From positions 1 through 57,363 of the forward strand of contig JANOQV010000032.1 in NCBI GenBank assembly GCA_031414955.1: a stretch of DNA of 57,363 nucleotides, in the 5' to 3' direction. The notes beneath the pieces are model-generated. The model was not told the DNA's origin and made no database searches. It saw nothing but the letters and a program-made list of their open reading frames with translations. Position 1 is the stretch's first letter. Each line of letters starts with the position of its first letter. Source of the stretch: Pedosphaera sp. Lineage in GTDB: Bacteria > Verrucomicrobiota > Verrucomicrobiia > Limisphaerales > SIBH01. A program made the position numbers and the translations under genes. Positions 8,082 through 18,599 of this stretch are shown here, in pieces.

Positions 8082-9431
8082 CTACAGCCCCTTTGTCTCC
8101 CAGCCCTTGCGGTACTGGCTGCGCACGAACTGGTTCGCCTCCTTGACGTTGAACGTCATCCGCTGCGCGTTCCATTCCAGCGTCGTCTTCGGGAAGCGCG
8201 TGGCCACGCAGCCGAGCAACACGGCCTCGGTGAGCGGGCCGGCGTAATCGAAGTTCGCCTGGGTCTTGTCCTGGCCGAGAATCGCGTTCACAAACTGTTG
8301 CCAGTGATCGGTCCCCTCCACCTTGGTTCGCTCGAAACCAGCGTATTGTTCCACGGGAAAAAGCTTCGGCCGGTCGATGTGCGGGATAAGCATCACGCCC
8401 TTGGTCCCGATGAGGATGCTGCCCTGATCCGCCAGCCACGGCCGCTCGGGTGAAACCACGGCGGGCTTGACCAGGTTTTGAATCTCCGTCGGCGGACGCT
8501 GGTCGCCATCGTACCAAGTCACCTTCACGGTCTTGCCCTCGCTGAACTGCGTGCCAGGGAACACGTAGTGAATGACCGCATCCGTGGCCCAGGAGTGGGC
8601 GTTCGGAGCCGGGCCTTCACTGCGCACGCTGATCGGCGCGGTGAGCGCGAGCGCCTTGAAGACTGGATCGTAAATGTGGCAGCCCATGTCGCCAAAGGTG
8701 CCGGTACCGAAGTCGATCCGCTTGCGCCAGTTGCCCGGATGATACCAGCCACCGCCGATGAACGGGCGCTCGGCGCACACACCCAGCCACAGGTTCCAGT
8801 CGAATCCCTTCGGAATCGGATCCACCCGGTCGGGCTTCGCCTTGGTGTCGCCCCACTTCTTGCTGCTCCAGGTGTGGACCTCCTTGATCTTGCCGATGAC
8901 GCCGTCCTGCACCATGCGGACGGCGGAGCGGTATTGGCCGGAGGAATGAATCTGGATGCCCATCTGGGTCACGAGCTTCTTCTCGCGCGCAAATTCCGTC
9001 AGGCGGCGCGTCTCGTAAATGTCATGGGTGAGCGGCTTCTGCCCATAGACATGCAGGCCGCGTTGCATGGCGCTCATGCCGATGGCCGCGTGCATGTGGT
9101 CGGGCACGGAGACGTTCACGCTGGTGAGATCCTTCTCCTTGTCGAGCAGTTCGCGCCAGTCCTGATAGACACGCAGCTCGGGAAACTTCTGCTTCAAGCT
9201 GTCTCCCTTGGCCGGCTCCACGTCCGCCACCGCCACGAGTTGCACGTTGGGATGCTTGGTAATTTCCCCCAAGTCCGAGAGCGCCATGCCGCCCGCGCCG
9301 AAGCTGGCGTGCAACACGCGGCCAGAGGCCGGTGCGGAGAGGAGGCGCGGCACGAAGAAAGGCAGCGCCATGGAACTGGTGGCCGCCGTTTTCAAGAACG
9401 CGCGGCGCGAGAATGAGCGTGGTGAATGCAT
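8082..9431 (-). CDS. Tat-exported Gfo/Idh/MocA oxidoreductase
   Basis: SRRAFLK twin-arginine signal, PDHMHA, YGQKPL and GDMGCH. Confidence 0.92.
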   Translation of the reverse strand: MHSPRSFSRRAFLKTAATSSMALPFFVPRLLSAPASGRVLHASFGAGGMALSDLGEITKHPNVQLVAVADVEPAKGDSLKQKFPELRVYQDWRELLDKEKDLTSVNVSVPDHMHAAIGMSAMQRGLHVYGQKPLTHDIYETRRLTEFAREKKLVTQMGIQIHSSGQYRSAVRMVQDGVIGKIKEVHTWSSKKWGDTKAKPDRVDPIPKGFDWNLWLGVCAERPFIGGGWYHPGNWRKRIDFGTGTFGDMGCHIYDPVFKALALTAPISVRSEGPAPNAHSWATDAVIHYVFPGTQFSEGKTVKVTWYDGDQRPPTEIQNLVKPAVVSPERPWLADQGSILIGTKGVMLIPHIDRPKLFPVEQYAGFERTKVEGTDHWQQFVNAILGQDKTQANFDYAGPLTEAVLLGCVATRFPKTTLEWNAQRMTFNVKEANQFVRSQYRKGWETKGL

Positions 9432-9513
9432 GGCCGTGTTGTATGCCGTTCCGACGCGGGCAGGCAAAGAGATTTGTGGCGCAGCCCACCAGCGGACGAA
9501 GGCCTTCCAGCAA

Positions 9514-10419
9514 CTACCGCGCTCCCTGCACCCGCATCTTCAGCCCATAAACATTCTTGCTCGCGGTGATGAAGAGTTGATTCCGGTCTTTGCCGCCGAA
9601 GGTGATGTTTGCGGTCCACGGCTCGGCCACGTCGATGTGTTCGATCTGCTTCCCGGTCTGGTCGAAGACGGTCACGCCGCGACCGGTGAGATAGACGTTG
9701 CCCTCGGCGTCGATGGTCATGCCGTCCGAGCCGAGATTGCAGAAGAGGCGTTTGTTCGCGAGCGCGCCGTCGGGCTGGATGTCGTAGGCGTAGCTCTTGC
9801 GCGCGCCGATGTCGGCCACATAAAGCGTCTTCCCATCCGGCGTGCCGATGATGCCGTTGGGCTGCTTCAGATCGGTCGCCACACGGGTGACGGTCTTGCG
9901 GTCGGGCGTCATGAAATACACATGCTGGCCGTCCTGCTGCATGGCGGGATCGCGCTTCCAGTAATTCCGTTTGTAGAGCGGGTCGGTGAAGTAAAGGCCG
10001 CCATCAGGACGAATCCACAGATCGTTTGGGCCGTTGAGCAGCTTGTCGCCGAAGTTTGTGACCAGCACCGTGACCTTTTTGTCGGGAGCGATGGACCACA
10101 GTTCATTCTTCTCGTCGGCGCAGGCGAGGAGGTGGCCGGCCTGGTCGAAGTAAGTGCCGTTGGCGCGGCCCGCCGGCTTGAGCCAGTCGGAGAATTTTCC
10201 ATCCGCCGCGCTCCACTTCACGATGCGGTCATTCGGCTGGTCGGTGAAGAAGACATTGCCCTCGCGATCCACCGCCGGCCCTTCGGTGAAAGAGTAGCCT
10301 TCGCCCAGCTTCTCCAGTTTCGCGCCTGGGGCGATGAGGGAGGAATCTGCGGCGAAGGTGGAACCAGCAGCAATCAACAGGACGCTGACGAAAGCGTGCG
10401 TGCAGTGGGATGATTTCAT
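9514..10419 (-). CDS. SMP-30/gluconolactonase family protein
   Basis: FTEGP, GPNDL, QPNGI, SDGMTID and a signal peptide. Confidence 0.92.
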   Translation of the reverse strand: MKSSHCTHAFVSVLLIAAGSTFAADSSLIAPGAKLEKLGEGYSFTEGPAVDREGNVFFTDQPNDRIVKWSAADGKFSDWLKPAGRANGTYFDQAGHLLACADEKNELWSIAPDKKVTVLVTNFGDKLLNGPNDLWIRPDGGLYFTDPLYKRNYWKRDPAMQQDGQHVYFMTPDRKTVTRVATDLKQPNGIIGTPDGKTLYVADIGARKSYAYDIQPDGALANKRLFCNLGSDGMTIDAEGNVYLTGRGVTVFDQTGKQIEHIDVAEPWTANITFGGKDRNQLFITASKNVYGLKMRVQGAR

Positions 10420-10580
10420 GCGCTGGGTTTAGCGTCTGGCTCCACGCGTGTCGATGTGCGTTTCCGCCTCCTGCGGATTGAGCGCGAACAGGGCCGCCGC
10501 ATCAAAATGTTTGGTTACACGGGCTAAAAATCCAAATCCCAAATAAGCTCTCAATTCCAAACTCCCATGGCCGTGCGAAC

Positions 10581-10667
10581 GCCTGGTTTTGGAATTTGGG
10601 CCGTTGGAATTTATTTGGGATTTGGGATTTCGTGCGAAACACCCCGGAATTAGAGGCGTCTGCCCTG
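10581..10667 (+). repeat. Heptamer-containing (TTTGGRA) element, copy 1
   Basis: Near-identical inverted copy at 12617-12717. Confidence 0.9.
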
Positions 10668-10724
10668 GCGCTGAGGATTACAGTGCTTGCCAAGCCGGGG
10701 TGCTGTGGCACTTTCAGCCCCGCT

Positions 10725-11063
10725 ATGGAGAAACCAAAAATTATTGCTTACCTGAAACCGTCCTGTGGCTGGAGTCAGGGCGTGCGCGCCGTGATGCGCA
10801 AATACGAGCTGCCCTTCGAGGACCGCGACATCATCAACGACGCGGCCCAGCGCCAGGAGATGATCGAGAAGAGCGGCCAGATGCTCAGCCCCTGCGTGGA
10901 GGTCAACGGCCGGATGCTGGCCGACATCAGCGGCGAAGAAGTCGAGGCCTTCATGCTTGCGAACAACCTCGTGCAAGCGAACGCCAAGTCTCCGGACGCG
11001 CCGACCAACCAGCCCTGCGCCCACGAGATGCCCGGCCCGGCCCCCTTGAGCTTCCGCCGATAG
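10725..11063 (+). CDS. Monothiol glutaredoxin-like protein
   Basis: YLKPSCGWS active site and KSGQMLSPCVEVNG cis-Pro motif. Confidence 0.85.
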   Translation: MEKPKIIAYLKPSCGWSQGVRAVMRKYELPFEDRDIINDAAQRQEMIEKSGQMLSPCVEVNGRMLADISGEEVEAFMLANNLVQANAKSPDAPTNQPCAHEMPGPAPLSFRR

Positions 11064-11089
11064 GAGCGCGAGTTTCAGCCCGTTGCTTT

Positions 11090-11125
11090 GAACGCGAAGG
11101 TGAAAACCTTCGCGTTCCTTTTTTT
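11090..11125 (+). terminator. Intrinsic terminator
   Basis: GAACGCGAAGG-tgaaaa-CCTTCGCGTTC followed by a T run. Confidence 0.85.
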
Positions 11126-11199
11126 GCGCGCCGATCCGTTGGTCGGCGGACAGGCTTTCTCCCGTTGGAAATCCAACCTGGGTTCTCGCCCGGCGGATT

Positions 11200-12552
11200 T
11201 TATTCCATCCCCACCACCGCCGGGTCGGCGTAGAGGGTGAAGGTGCCGGCACGGGTGACGTTCACGTCCATGAGCTGGCCGCGGTGGCGCGGGCCGCCGT
11301 CGAAGACCACAATCTTCCCGCAGCGCGTCCGGCCCATCATGCGCTCGGGCCGTTTGCTCGGACCTTCCACGAGAATCTGCACGCGCCGCCCGACCAGCGC
11401 GCCGTAGCGGCGGTCGGCGATGGCGTTGGCCACTTCGAGCAGGCGCTGGTTGCGCTCTTCCTTAACTTCCTCGGGCAATTGATCGGGCAGGTCGGCGGCG
11501 GGCGTGTCCTTGCGCTTCGAGTAGCGGAAGATGAAGGCGTTGTCGAAATCCGCCTCGCGATAGAGGGACAGGGTCAACTCGAAGTCGTTCTCGGTCTCGC
11601 CGGGAAAGCCCACGATGACGTCGGTGGTGAGGCCGATGCCGGGGCGCACGGCACGGAGTTTCTGGATGATGGTCAGGAAACGTTCGCGGGTGTAGCCGCG
11701 GTGCATGGCTTTCAACATGCGGTCACTGCCGCTCTGCACGGGAATGTGCGCGCTCTCGACCAGCTTGGGCAACCGCCCGTAGGCCGCCACGAGGTCGTCG
11801 CCGTAGCCCTTGGGATGCGGTGAGGTGAAACGGATGCGTTCGAGGCCGTCGATCTCGTGGACGGCTTCGAGGAGCTGGACGAAGGCACTGCGGCCGTCGA
11901 TGGCCGGGTAATCACGCTTGCCGAAGCTGGTCACGATCTGGCCGAGCAAAGTGATCTCCCGCACGTCTTGCGCGACGAGCTGGCGGCATTCGGCCACGAT
12001 GTCGGGAATGGTCCGGCTGCGTTCCTCACCGCGAGTGTAGGGCACGATGCAGAAGGTGCAGTACTGGTTGCAGCCCTGCATGATGCTGACGAAGGCAGTG
12101 ACCGACTTGGTGGCCGAGCCGTTGAGCAAGTGCTGGCGAATCTCGGCCTCGCTGCCCTTCTCGGCTTCCACATCGACGATCTTGGCGCGTTTGCCGGCGA
12201 GGATTTCATCCAGGTAATCGGCGGCGTGATGAAACTTCTGCGTGCCGAGCACGAGGTCCACGTCGGGCAGCTTGTCGATGAGCGACTGGCCGCGGCTCTG
12301 CGCCATGCAGCCCATGAAGCCGAGGACGACTTCGGGGCGGTTCTTGCGCACGTCGGCGGCGAGGTTGGCCATCTTGCCGAGGGCCTTCTGCTCGGCCATG
12401 TCGCGCACCGAGCAGGTGTTGAGCAGAATGACATCGGCGTGGTGCTCGGTGGGCGCGAGGGAATAGCCCTTGGCCACGAGCTGCGCGGCCACGGCCTCGC
12501 TGTCACGCTCGTTCATCTGGCAACCGTAGGTCTTGATGTAAACGCTGGGCAT
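11200..12552 (-). CDS. miaB: tRNA ms2i6A37 methylthiotransferase MiaB
   Basis: TYGCQMN, LNTCSVR, GCMAQ, radical-SAM CNQYCTFC and a C-terminal TRAM-like domain. Confidence 0.95.
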   Translation of the reverse strand: MPSVYIKTYGCQMNERDSEAVAAQLVAKGYSLAPTEHHADVILLNTCSVRDMAEQKALGKMANLAADVRKNRPEVVLGFMGCMAQSRGQSLIDKLPDVDLVLGTQKFHHAADYLDEILAGKRAKIVDVEAEKGSEAEIRQHLLNGSATKSVTAFVSIMQGCNQYCTFCIVPYTRGEERSRTIPDIVAECRQLVAQDVREITLLGQIVTSFGKRDYPAIDGRSAFVQLLEAVHEIDGLERIRFTSPHPKGYGDDLVAAYGRLPKLVESAHIPVQSGSDRMLKAMHRGYTRERFLTIIQKLRAVRPGIGLTTDVIVGFPGETENDFELTLSLYREADFDNAFIFRYSKRKDTPAADLPDQLPEEVKEERNQRLLEVANAIADRRYGALVGRRVQILVEGPSKRPERMMGRTRCGKIVVFDGGPRHRGQLMDVNVTRAGTFTLYADPAVVGME

Positions 12553-12616
12553 TCCTGAAACGGGTCGAGAAACTAGGGCAGCGGAGGGGGAATGCAATCG
12601 GGGAGTGAGCCCGGGG

Positions 12617-12717
12617 CAGGGCAGACGCCTCTAATTTCGCGGTGTTTCGCACGAAATCCCAAATCCCAAATTCCAAATCCCAAATAAATTCCAACGGCCC
12701 AAATTCCAAAACCAGGC
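12617..12717 (-). repeat. Heptamer-containing element, copy 2 (inverted, two extra heptamers)
   Basis: Reverse complement matches 10581-10667. Confidence 0.9.
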
Positions 12718-12806
12718 ATTTTGATGCGTCGGCCCGTGGGCCCGGGGTCCGCCGTGGCGATGCTTGACCGGGGCGCCGCTGCGGCCATCTACTGACCGAA
12801 CGCCTT

Positions 12807-13982
12807 ATGAAACGCCCTTCCTCATTCTTCCCGTCGGAAGCGACTATTTGCTTGGCCGGTCTCCTGGTCGTGGCGACCGGTGCCCATTCAGCCAGCGAGT
12901 CTTTGCCCGCAGGAGCCAAGTTCGATCTGGGTGGTCGCGCGGCGATGCTGCGGACTTTGGAGACGTTGCCTTTCGTCGAGAGCGAATACACGAGGCGGTT
13001 CAAATTCGATTCGTTCGACAATCCCAAACTGAAGGAATTGCGCGAACGCGGGCGTCTCGACGAGGTCATTGCGCCGGGCAAGGATGAGTTCGAGCGGCAG
13101 GTGTTGTTGATGGACTGGACACACCGGCAGTTCAAAAAGTTCGGACGCCCTTCCACCAATTGCGTCGGTGCACTCGCCATTCTCCAGGCCATCGACGAGG
13201 GCCACACGTTTTACTGCGCCCACTACGCCAACGTGCTCGTGTCCGCCGCGGCCAGCCTCGGCTGGGTGGACCGGTCGCTGGCGCTGCGGCGACATCAGGG
13301 CGCGAACAAGAACGGCGGCTCGACCGAGCATTCGGTCACGGAGATCTGGTCCAATCAGCATCGCAAATGGGTCATGCTCGATCCCACGAGCAACATGTAT
13401 CTGGAAAAGGACGGCGTGCCGCTCAACGCCTGGGAGCTTCGGCAGGAATGGTTTTATCGCGGCGGCACGAATCTCGTCTTCGTGGTCGGCCAGGAGCGGA
13501 AGAAGTATCGGAAGTCCAATCTGCCGATCTTCCTCGGGCGCTTCGCCGGATTCGGCGACCTGACGGTGGATCCCGATGAACCCGACAAATACGGCTTCAT
13601 CGGCTACATCCCGAACACCGACCTGATGAACTCCGGCCACGACTACGCGAAAATGTTCATCGTGAAGGACGCACTCTGCGACGGGACCAAGTGGCATGTG
13701 CGAACGCTGCCCGCGAATCCAGCCGTGGACCCGTACTTCCCGATTGGCCAGGCGGCGCTGAGTCTGCGCACGGAGGATGGAAAACTCCGCGTCGCGCTCA
13801 AAACACTGACGCCAAACTTCAAGCGTTACGAAGTTCAAATCGATCGCGGCGAGTGGAAGTCTTCCGGCGAACAGTTCAACTGGCCCGTCCACCCAGGATC
13901 GAACCGGCTCAAAGCGAGAACGGTCAACTGGTTCGGAGTGGTCGGCCCGGTCTCGACGGCGGAAGTTGAAGTGCAGCAATGA
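12807..13982 (+). CDS. Secreted transglutaminase-like domain protein
   Basis: Signal peptide and a Cys-His-Asp pattern FYCAHYA ... EHSVTEIW ... WVMLDP. Confidence 0.75.
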   Translation: MKRPSSFFPSEATICLAGLLVVATGAHSASESLPAGAKFDLGGRAAMLRTLETLPFVESEYTRRFKFDSFDNPKLKELRERGRLDEVIAPGKDEFERQVLLMDWTHRQFKKFGRPSTNCVGALAILQAIDEGHTFYCAHYANVLVSAAASLGWVDRSLALRRHQGANKNGGSTEHSVTEIWSNQHRKWVMLDPTSNMYLEKDGVPLNAWELRQEWFYRGGTNLVFVVGQERKKYRKSNLPIFLGRFAGFGDLTVDPDEPDKYGFIGYIPNTDLMNSGHDYAKMFIVKDALCDGTKWHVRTLPANPAVDPYFPIGQAALSLRTEDGKLRVALKTLTPNFKRYEVQIDRGEWKSSGEQFNWPVHPGSNRLKARTVNWFGVVGPVSTAEVEVQQ

Positions 13983-14106
13983 ACCTGACCGGCATCGCCC
14001 GTAGGTTCATCCCGAACTCCTAATTTGAATGGTGCCGCGCTCCTGCGTTCCGGCTTCGATGGCGCGTTCCTTTCGCTTCGGAGATCGGGTTCATCTCTGA
14101 CGCCAG

Positions 14107-14289
14107 TTAGAGCCTGTCTGAAAAGTAATTGGTGCGGCGCAAGCTGCCCGCCCCGAAGTGCGCCCGTCCTCGGGCGCCGCAACGTGCGAATGTCAGTGGG
14201 TCGGGTTTTTTCCAACGCGCGCCAAGTCATCACGTTGCTGCGCCCGAGGACGGGCGCACTCCACCCCCGAATTTTCAGACCGGCTCTAA
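14107..14289. mobile_element. MITE-like element with 18-bp terminal inverted repeats and an internal REP-like doublet
   Basis: TTAGAGCCTGTCTGAAAA / TTTTCAGACCGGCTCTAA (17/18 match); inner inverted pair at 14156-14187 / 14231-14262. Confidence 0.65.
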
Positions 14290-14439
14290 GTCTTTCCATC
14301 CGCTGCACGCTCCCGCTCCGTTATTGAATTTCGATTGCGACCCTCCGTCCAACGCCAGCCAAAACCGGCTGCGGCGTTCCAACTCGACTCGAATCGGTCG
14401 CGTTGTCGTCGTTGCTCGGGGTGGTTGAAGCAAGAAGAC

Positions 14440-16758
14440 ATGTCTCATTCATATTTGAAATCGTCGGTGAGCGCCGCGTGCGTGCTTGTGTTGTGTGCCT
14501 CTTCCGTGGTCGCAGCGGAGCGACGCGCGGCCGCGAATTATTTTCAGGAGGACTTCCCCTTCCAAGGCGCCTGTATCACAGCCAAAGGCCCGAGCAACAA
14601 CGTGGCCATGAAGGGCTTTGCCATCCGCGTGGGCCACGATGCGAACATGCTTTGGGACACCGATCTGTTGCGCATGGCCTCGGGCTGGACGGGCGGCTAC
14701 ATCACGGGCAAGGGCGTGGTTTATGACGGCGGACACGGCCAGCATCCCGCGATTGTCGGCGACCAGAAGTTCGGCACGAAGCAAGCGCCCGGTTGGGCGA
14801 ATGCCCAAGGCGAGTTCACCGACAACCGTCCTGAGCCGTTCGGCCCGCTCGCGTCCGACTGGTGCCGCTGGGACGGGATGTATGTGAACGGCATGGAGGT
14901 CGTTCTCGCATACACCGTGTTGGGCACGAAGATTTACGAGCAGCCATCAAGCGTGAGTGCGGGCGGACAGATTGGCTTCGTGCGCACTTTCAAAATTGAA
15001 AATGCCGCAGCGGATCTCGCCACCGTCATTGCGGAGTCAACCGCCGGCGTCGTCGAGTCGAAGGGCGACAGCACCTCGCTCACAACCGGGACGAACACCG
15101 CCGTCGCCACGCTCGTGGGCGCGCCGCAGGGTGTAAGAGTTTCTGGTGCGGATTCTCGCCTGGTGCTGCACGTCTCCAAGGGGACGAAGAAGGCGTTCTT
15201 CAGCGTCGTGATCTGGAGCGGCGCGAAGGAGAACGCCGCTCAGGCCGCCGCGCTGGTCTCGGCGGTGAAGCCCTCGATGATGGATTTTACCAAAGGCGGC
15301 CCGGCCCACTGGCCGCAGACGGTGAACACGAACGGCGTGTTGAACACGAGCAAGACTCCCGACGGCGCTTACGTCACGGATGCCGTTTCCGCGCCGGTGC
15401 CCAATCCGTGGAACCGCCGCGTGCGCTTTGGCGGGATGGATTTCTTCTCCGACGGCAAACGCGCCGCGCTTTGCACGCATGAAGGCGACGTGTGGATCGT
15501 GGAGGGCATTGACGACTCGCTGGCGAACTTGAAGTGGCGCCGCTTCGCCTCCGGCGGCTACGAGACGCTCGGCCTCGTGATCGTGGACGACGTGATTTAC
15601 ACCTCGGGTCGCGATCAAATCACGCGCTACCGCGATTTGAACAACGACGGCGAGGCGGACTTCTACGAGAACCTCAACAACCAGGTCATGTCCACCGAGG
15701 GCTTCCATGAGTTCCTCTTCGACTTGCAGACGGACCAGGCGGGCAATTTCTACTTCGCCAAGGCCAATCCTGTGAACAGTGGCGGTGGCGGGTTCGGCAA
15801 TCAAAAGGCCTCGATGGGCAACGGCACGGTCTGCTCGCATTCCGGTTGCCTGTTCAAGGTGAGCAAGGACGGCAGGAGATTTGAGATTCTGGCCCGGGGC
15901 TTTCGCGCGCCCAACGGCATCGGCGTCAGCCCGGATGGCCAGGTGACGACGAGCGACAACGAAGGCACCTGGGTGCCGACCACGCCCATCAATTGGGTCA
16001 AGCCGGGCGGCTTCCACGGCGTGATCAACAACCTCACACCCAAAGAGGTCGCGGACGGATTCACCCCGCCGCTGGCCTGGCTGCCGAAGAGCTACGACAA
16101 TTCCGGCGGCGGACAGATCTTCGTGACCAGCGACAAATGGGGACCGTTCCAGGGCGAGTGGCTGCACGAGTCGTACGGCCAGTCGAGTCTGTTCCTCGTG
16201 CTCAAGGAGCAGGCCTCCAACGGTTTGATGCAGGGCGGCGTGGTGAAATTTCCGCTCAAGTTCACCTCCTCGGTCATGCGCGCGCGCTTCAATCCCAAGG
16301 ACGGCCAGCTCTACGTTGCGGGCTTGAGCGAGTGGCAGAGCAATGCGTCCAAGAACACCGGTTTCGACCGCGTGCGCTACACGGGCAAGAAGGTTTATTC
16401 AGCCCGCGGGCTCAAGGCATTGAAGACCGGCGTGGAACTCACCTTCACCGAACCGCTCGCCACCGACAGCGTGGCCGATCTCCAGAACTGGAGCGGCCAA
16501 CGCTGGAACTATGCGCGCACCCAAAGCTACGGCTCGCCTGAGTTCTCCCTGGTGAAGGATGAGAACGGAAAACCCAAACGCGGGCGCGACGTAATCGACA
16601 TCACCGCCACGAAGCTCTCCGCCGATGGCAAAACTGTGACCGTCGAGATCGCCGACTTCCAGCCCGTGATGAGCGAGACGATCAAGTTCAGCCTCCGGGC
16701 GGCGGACGGCACGCCCGTCGCGCAGGAAGTGTTGCACACGGTCCACGCGCTTCCTTGA
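14440..16758 (+). CDS. Secreted DUF6797-like / sorbosone-dehydrogenase-like beta-propeller protein
   Basis: Signal peptide, WDTDLLRMASGW, DLNNDGEADFYE, GFRAPNG and DNEGTWVP. This is a PVC-type family; no CxxCH seen. Confidence 0.75.
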   Translation: MSHSYLKSSVSAACVLVLCASSVVAAERRAAANYFQEDFPFQGACITAKGPSNNVAMKGFAIRVGHDANMLWDTDLLRMASGWTGGYITGKGVVYDGGHGQHPAIVGDQKFGTKQAPGWANAQGEFTDNRPEPFGPLASDWCRWDGMYVNGMEVVLAYTVLGTKIYEQPSSVSAGGQIGFVRTFKIENAAADLATVIAESTAGVVESKGDSTSLTTGTNTAVATLVGAPQGVRVSGADSRLVLHVSKGTKKAFFSVVIWSGAKENAAQAAALVSAVKPSMMDFTKGGPAHWPQTVNTNGVLNTSKTPDGAYVTDAVSAPVPNPWNRRVRFGGMDFFSDGKRAALCTHEGDVWIVEGIDDSLANLKWRRFASGGYETLGLVIVDDVIYTSGRDQITRYRDLNNDGEADFYENLNNQVMSTEGFHEFLFDLQTDQAGNFYFAKANPVNSGGGGFGNQKASMGNGTVCSHSGCLFKVSKDGRRFEILARGFRAPNGIGVSPDGQVTTSDNEGTWVPTTPINWVKPGGFHGVINNLTPKEVADGFTPPLAWLPKSYDNSGGGQIFVTSDKWGPFQGEWLHESYGQSSLFLVLKEQASNGLMQGGVVKFPLKFTSSVMRARFNPKDGQLYVAGLSEWQSNASKNTGFDRVRYTGKKVYSARGLKALKTGVELTFTEPLATDSVADLQNWSGQRWNYARTQSYGSPEFSLVKDENGKPKRGRDVIDITATKLSADGKTVTVEIADFQPVMSETIKFSLRAADGTPVAQEVLHTVHALP

Positions 16759-16832
16759 GCGTCCCAAGGCGGGGACGCGCGCGCGCGGCAACTTCGGCTC
16801 GCCCTTGGCGGCCCGTCTGGTTAGCTATCCCC

Positions 16833-18599
16833 ATGTGCAAAACGATTCGCGGTGCGTGGATGGCGGCGGTGCTTCTCGGCTTCAGCGGTTGCGCGACCTC
16901 GCCCCTGGTTTCGGACGCGGAGTTCCACGCTCTCGCGGACGAGTATCTGGCCGGACATCTGGCCTGGCGGCCGGGCACCGGCATGTCCCTCGGGTTGCAT
17001 CAATACGATGGGCGCCATCCAGATTTGAGCCGAGTGTCGCTCGCCGCCGAGGTGCGCCGGTTGCAGGCTTTTCAGGCCAGGCTGGCCCGTGTTGACCCCC
17101 GCAAGCTCCGCCGCACGGTGCAATTTGATTACCGGCTCCTGCAATCCACCATCGGCGCGGAGCTGTTCAGTTTCCACGGCCTGAAGTCTTACACGCGCAA
17201 TCCGATGACCTACGCGCAAGCCCTCGACCTGACCCAGTATTTGAAGCGCGACTACGCGCCGCTGACCAATCGCGTCCGCTCCATCATCCACCTCGAGAAG
17301 CAGACGCCGCTCATCTTCAGCGCGGCGCGCTTGAACTTGGAGCGCGTGCTGCCCCGGCCGCTGATCGAGACGGCCATCGACATCGCGGAGGGCAACATCG
17401 CTTTCCTGGAAAAGGACCTGCCCGTGGGCGTGCAAGCGCTCGACGACGCCAGGCTGCGCGCGGAGTTCGAGGCGGCGAATAAAATCGCCCTGGCTGAAAC
17501 GCGGAATTTCATCGCCTGGCTCAAGAGCGAAAGGCTGCCGCAGGCGGATGACAACTTCGCGCTGGGTGAGACAAATTACCGCGAGATGATGCGACTGACC
17601 GAGCATGTCAACCTCAGCCCCGCGCAGCTTCTCGAAGTCGGACTGCGCGAGCTGAAGGCCGAGCAGCAGCGCTTCGCCGAGGCGGCGCGCGTCATCGATC
17701 CGAAGCAGCCAGCCCACGACGTCTTCAAGGCCATCCAGAAGGAGCATCCGACGGCGGAAGGTTTGTTACCCGACACGCGCAAGAACCTCGAAGTCATTCG
17801 CGAGTTCGTCGTGGCGCGCAACATCGTGACCATTCCTTCCGACGTGCGGGTCAAGGTCGAGGAGACGCCGCCACCCTTCCGCCGCACCAGCTTCGCCTCC
17901 ATGGATTCGCCGGGCGTCTTCGAGACCAATGCCACCGAAGCCTATTACTACGTGACGCCGACCGAGCCGGAATGGCCGGAGAAACAAAAGGAGGAATGGT
18001 TGACCGCCTTCAACTACTACACCACCGATGTGGTCACCATTCACGAGGCCTATCCGGGCCACTACGTGCAGTTCCTCGCGCTCAAGGAATCCCGCGCCAG
18101 CCGGCTGGCCAAGATTTTTTCCAGCTACGCTTTCGTCGAAGGCTGGGCGCATTACACCGAGCAGATGCTGCTGGAGGAAGGCTTCGCCGCGCCCGGCCCG
18201 AACGGCACCCGCGACGAGCAGGTGCGCCTCGCCAAATATCGTCTGGCCCAATCCGATGAGGCTCTGCTGCGCCTCTGCCGGCTCGCCTGCTCGATCAAGC
18301 TGCACACCCAGGGCATGACCGTTGATGAGGCCACGAAGTTTTTCATGGATAACTGTTACTATGAGGAGAAGACGGCCCGGCAGGAGGCGGTGCGCGGCAC
18401 GTTCGATCCGGGCTACCTGAACTACACCCTGGGCAAGCTGATGATTCTCAAGCTGCGCGCCGACTGGAAGGCGCAGGAAGGCCCGCTCTATTCGTTGCAC
18501 CGCTTCCATGACGAACTGTTGCGCCACGGCGCTCCGCCGCTGCCCTTGCTGCGCGAGCGCCTGCTCAAGGATCCGAAGCAGTGGCCGGCGATTCTGTAA
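16833..18599 (+). CDS. DUF885 family lipoprotein (putative metallopeptidase fold)
   Basis: Lipobox-like FSGC, HEAYPGHYVQ, EGWAHYTE and YTLGKL. Confidence 0.9.
   Translation: MCKTIRGAWMAAVLLGFSGCATSPLVSDAEFHALADEYLAGHLAWRPGTGMSLGLHQYDGRHPDLSRVSLAAEVRRLQAFQARLARVDPRKLRRTVQFDYRLLQSTIGAELFSFHGLKSYTRNPMTYAQALDLTQYLKRDYAPLTNRVRSIIHLEKQTPLIFSAARLNLERVLPRPLIETAIDIAEGNIAFLEKDLPVGVQALDDARLRAEFEAANKIALAETRNFIAWLKSERLPQADDNFALGETNYREMMRLTEHVNLSPAQLLEVGLRELKAEQQRFAEAARVIDPKQPAHDVFKAIQKEHPTAEGLLPDTRKNLEVIREFVVARNIVTIPSDVRVKVEETPPPFRRTSFASMDSPGVFETNATEAYYYVTPTEPEWPEKQKEEWLTAFNYYTTDVVTIHEAYPGHYVQFLALKESRASRLAKIFSSYAFVEGWAHYTEQMLLEEGFAAPGPNGTRDEQVRLAKYRLAQSDEALLRLCRLACSIKLHTQGMTVDEATKFFMDNCYYEEKTARQEAVRGTFDPGYLNYTLGKLMILKLRADWKAQEGPLYSLHRFHDELLRHGAPPLPLLRERLLKDPKQWPAIL

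Noticed and set aside
11153..11180. Similarity to 49218-49240 (CTTTCTCCCG...TCCAACCTG)
   Set aside because: Short, gapped and only two copies, so it may be chance.
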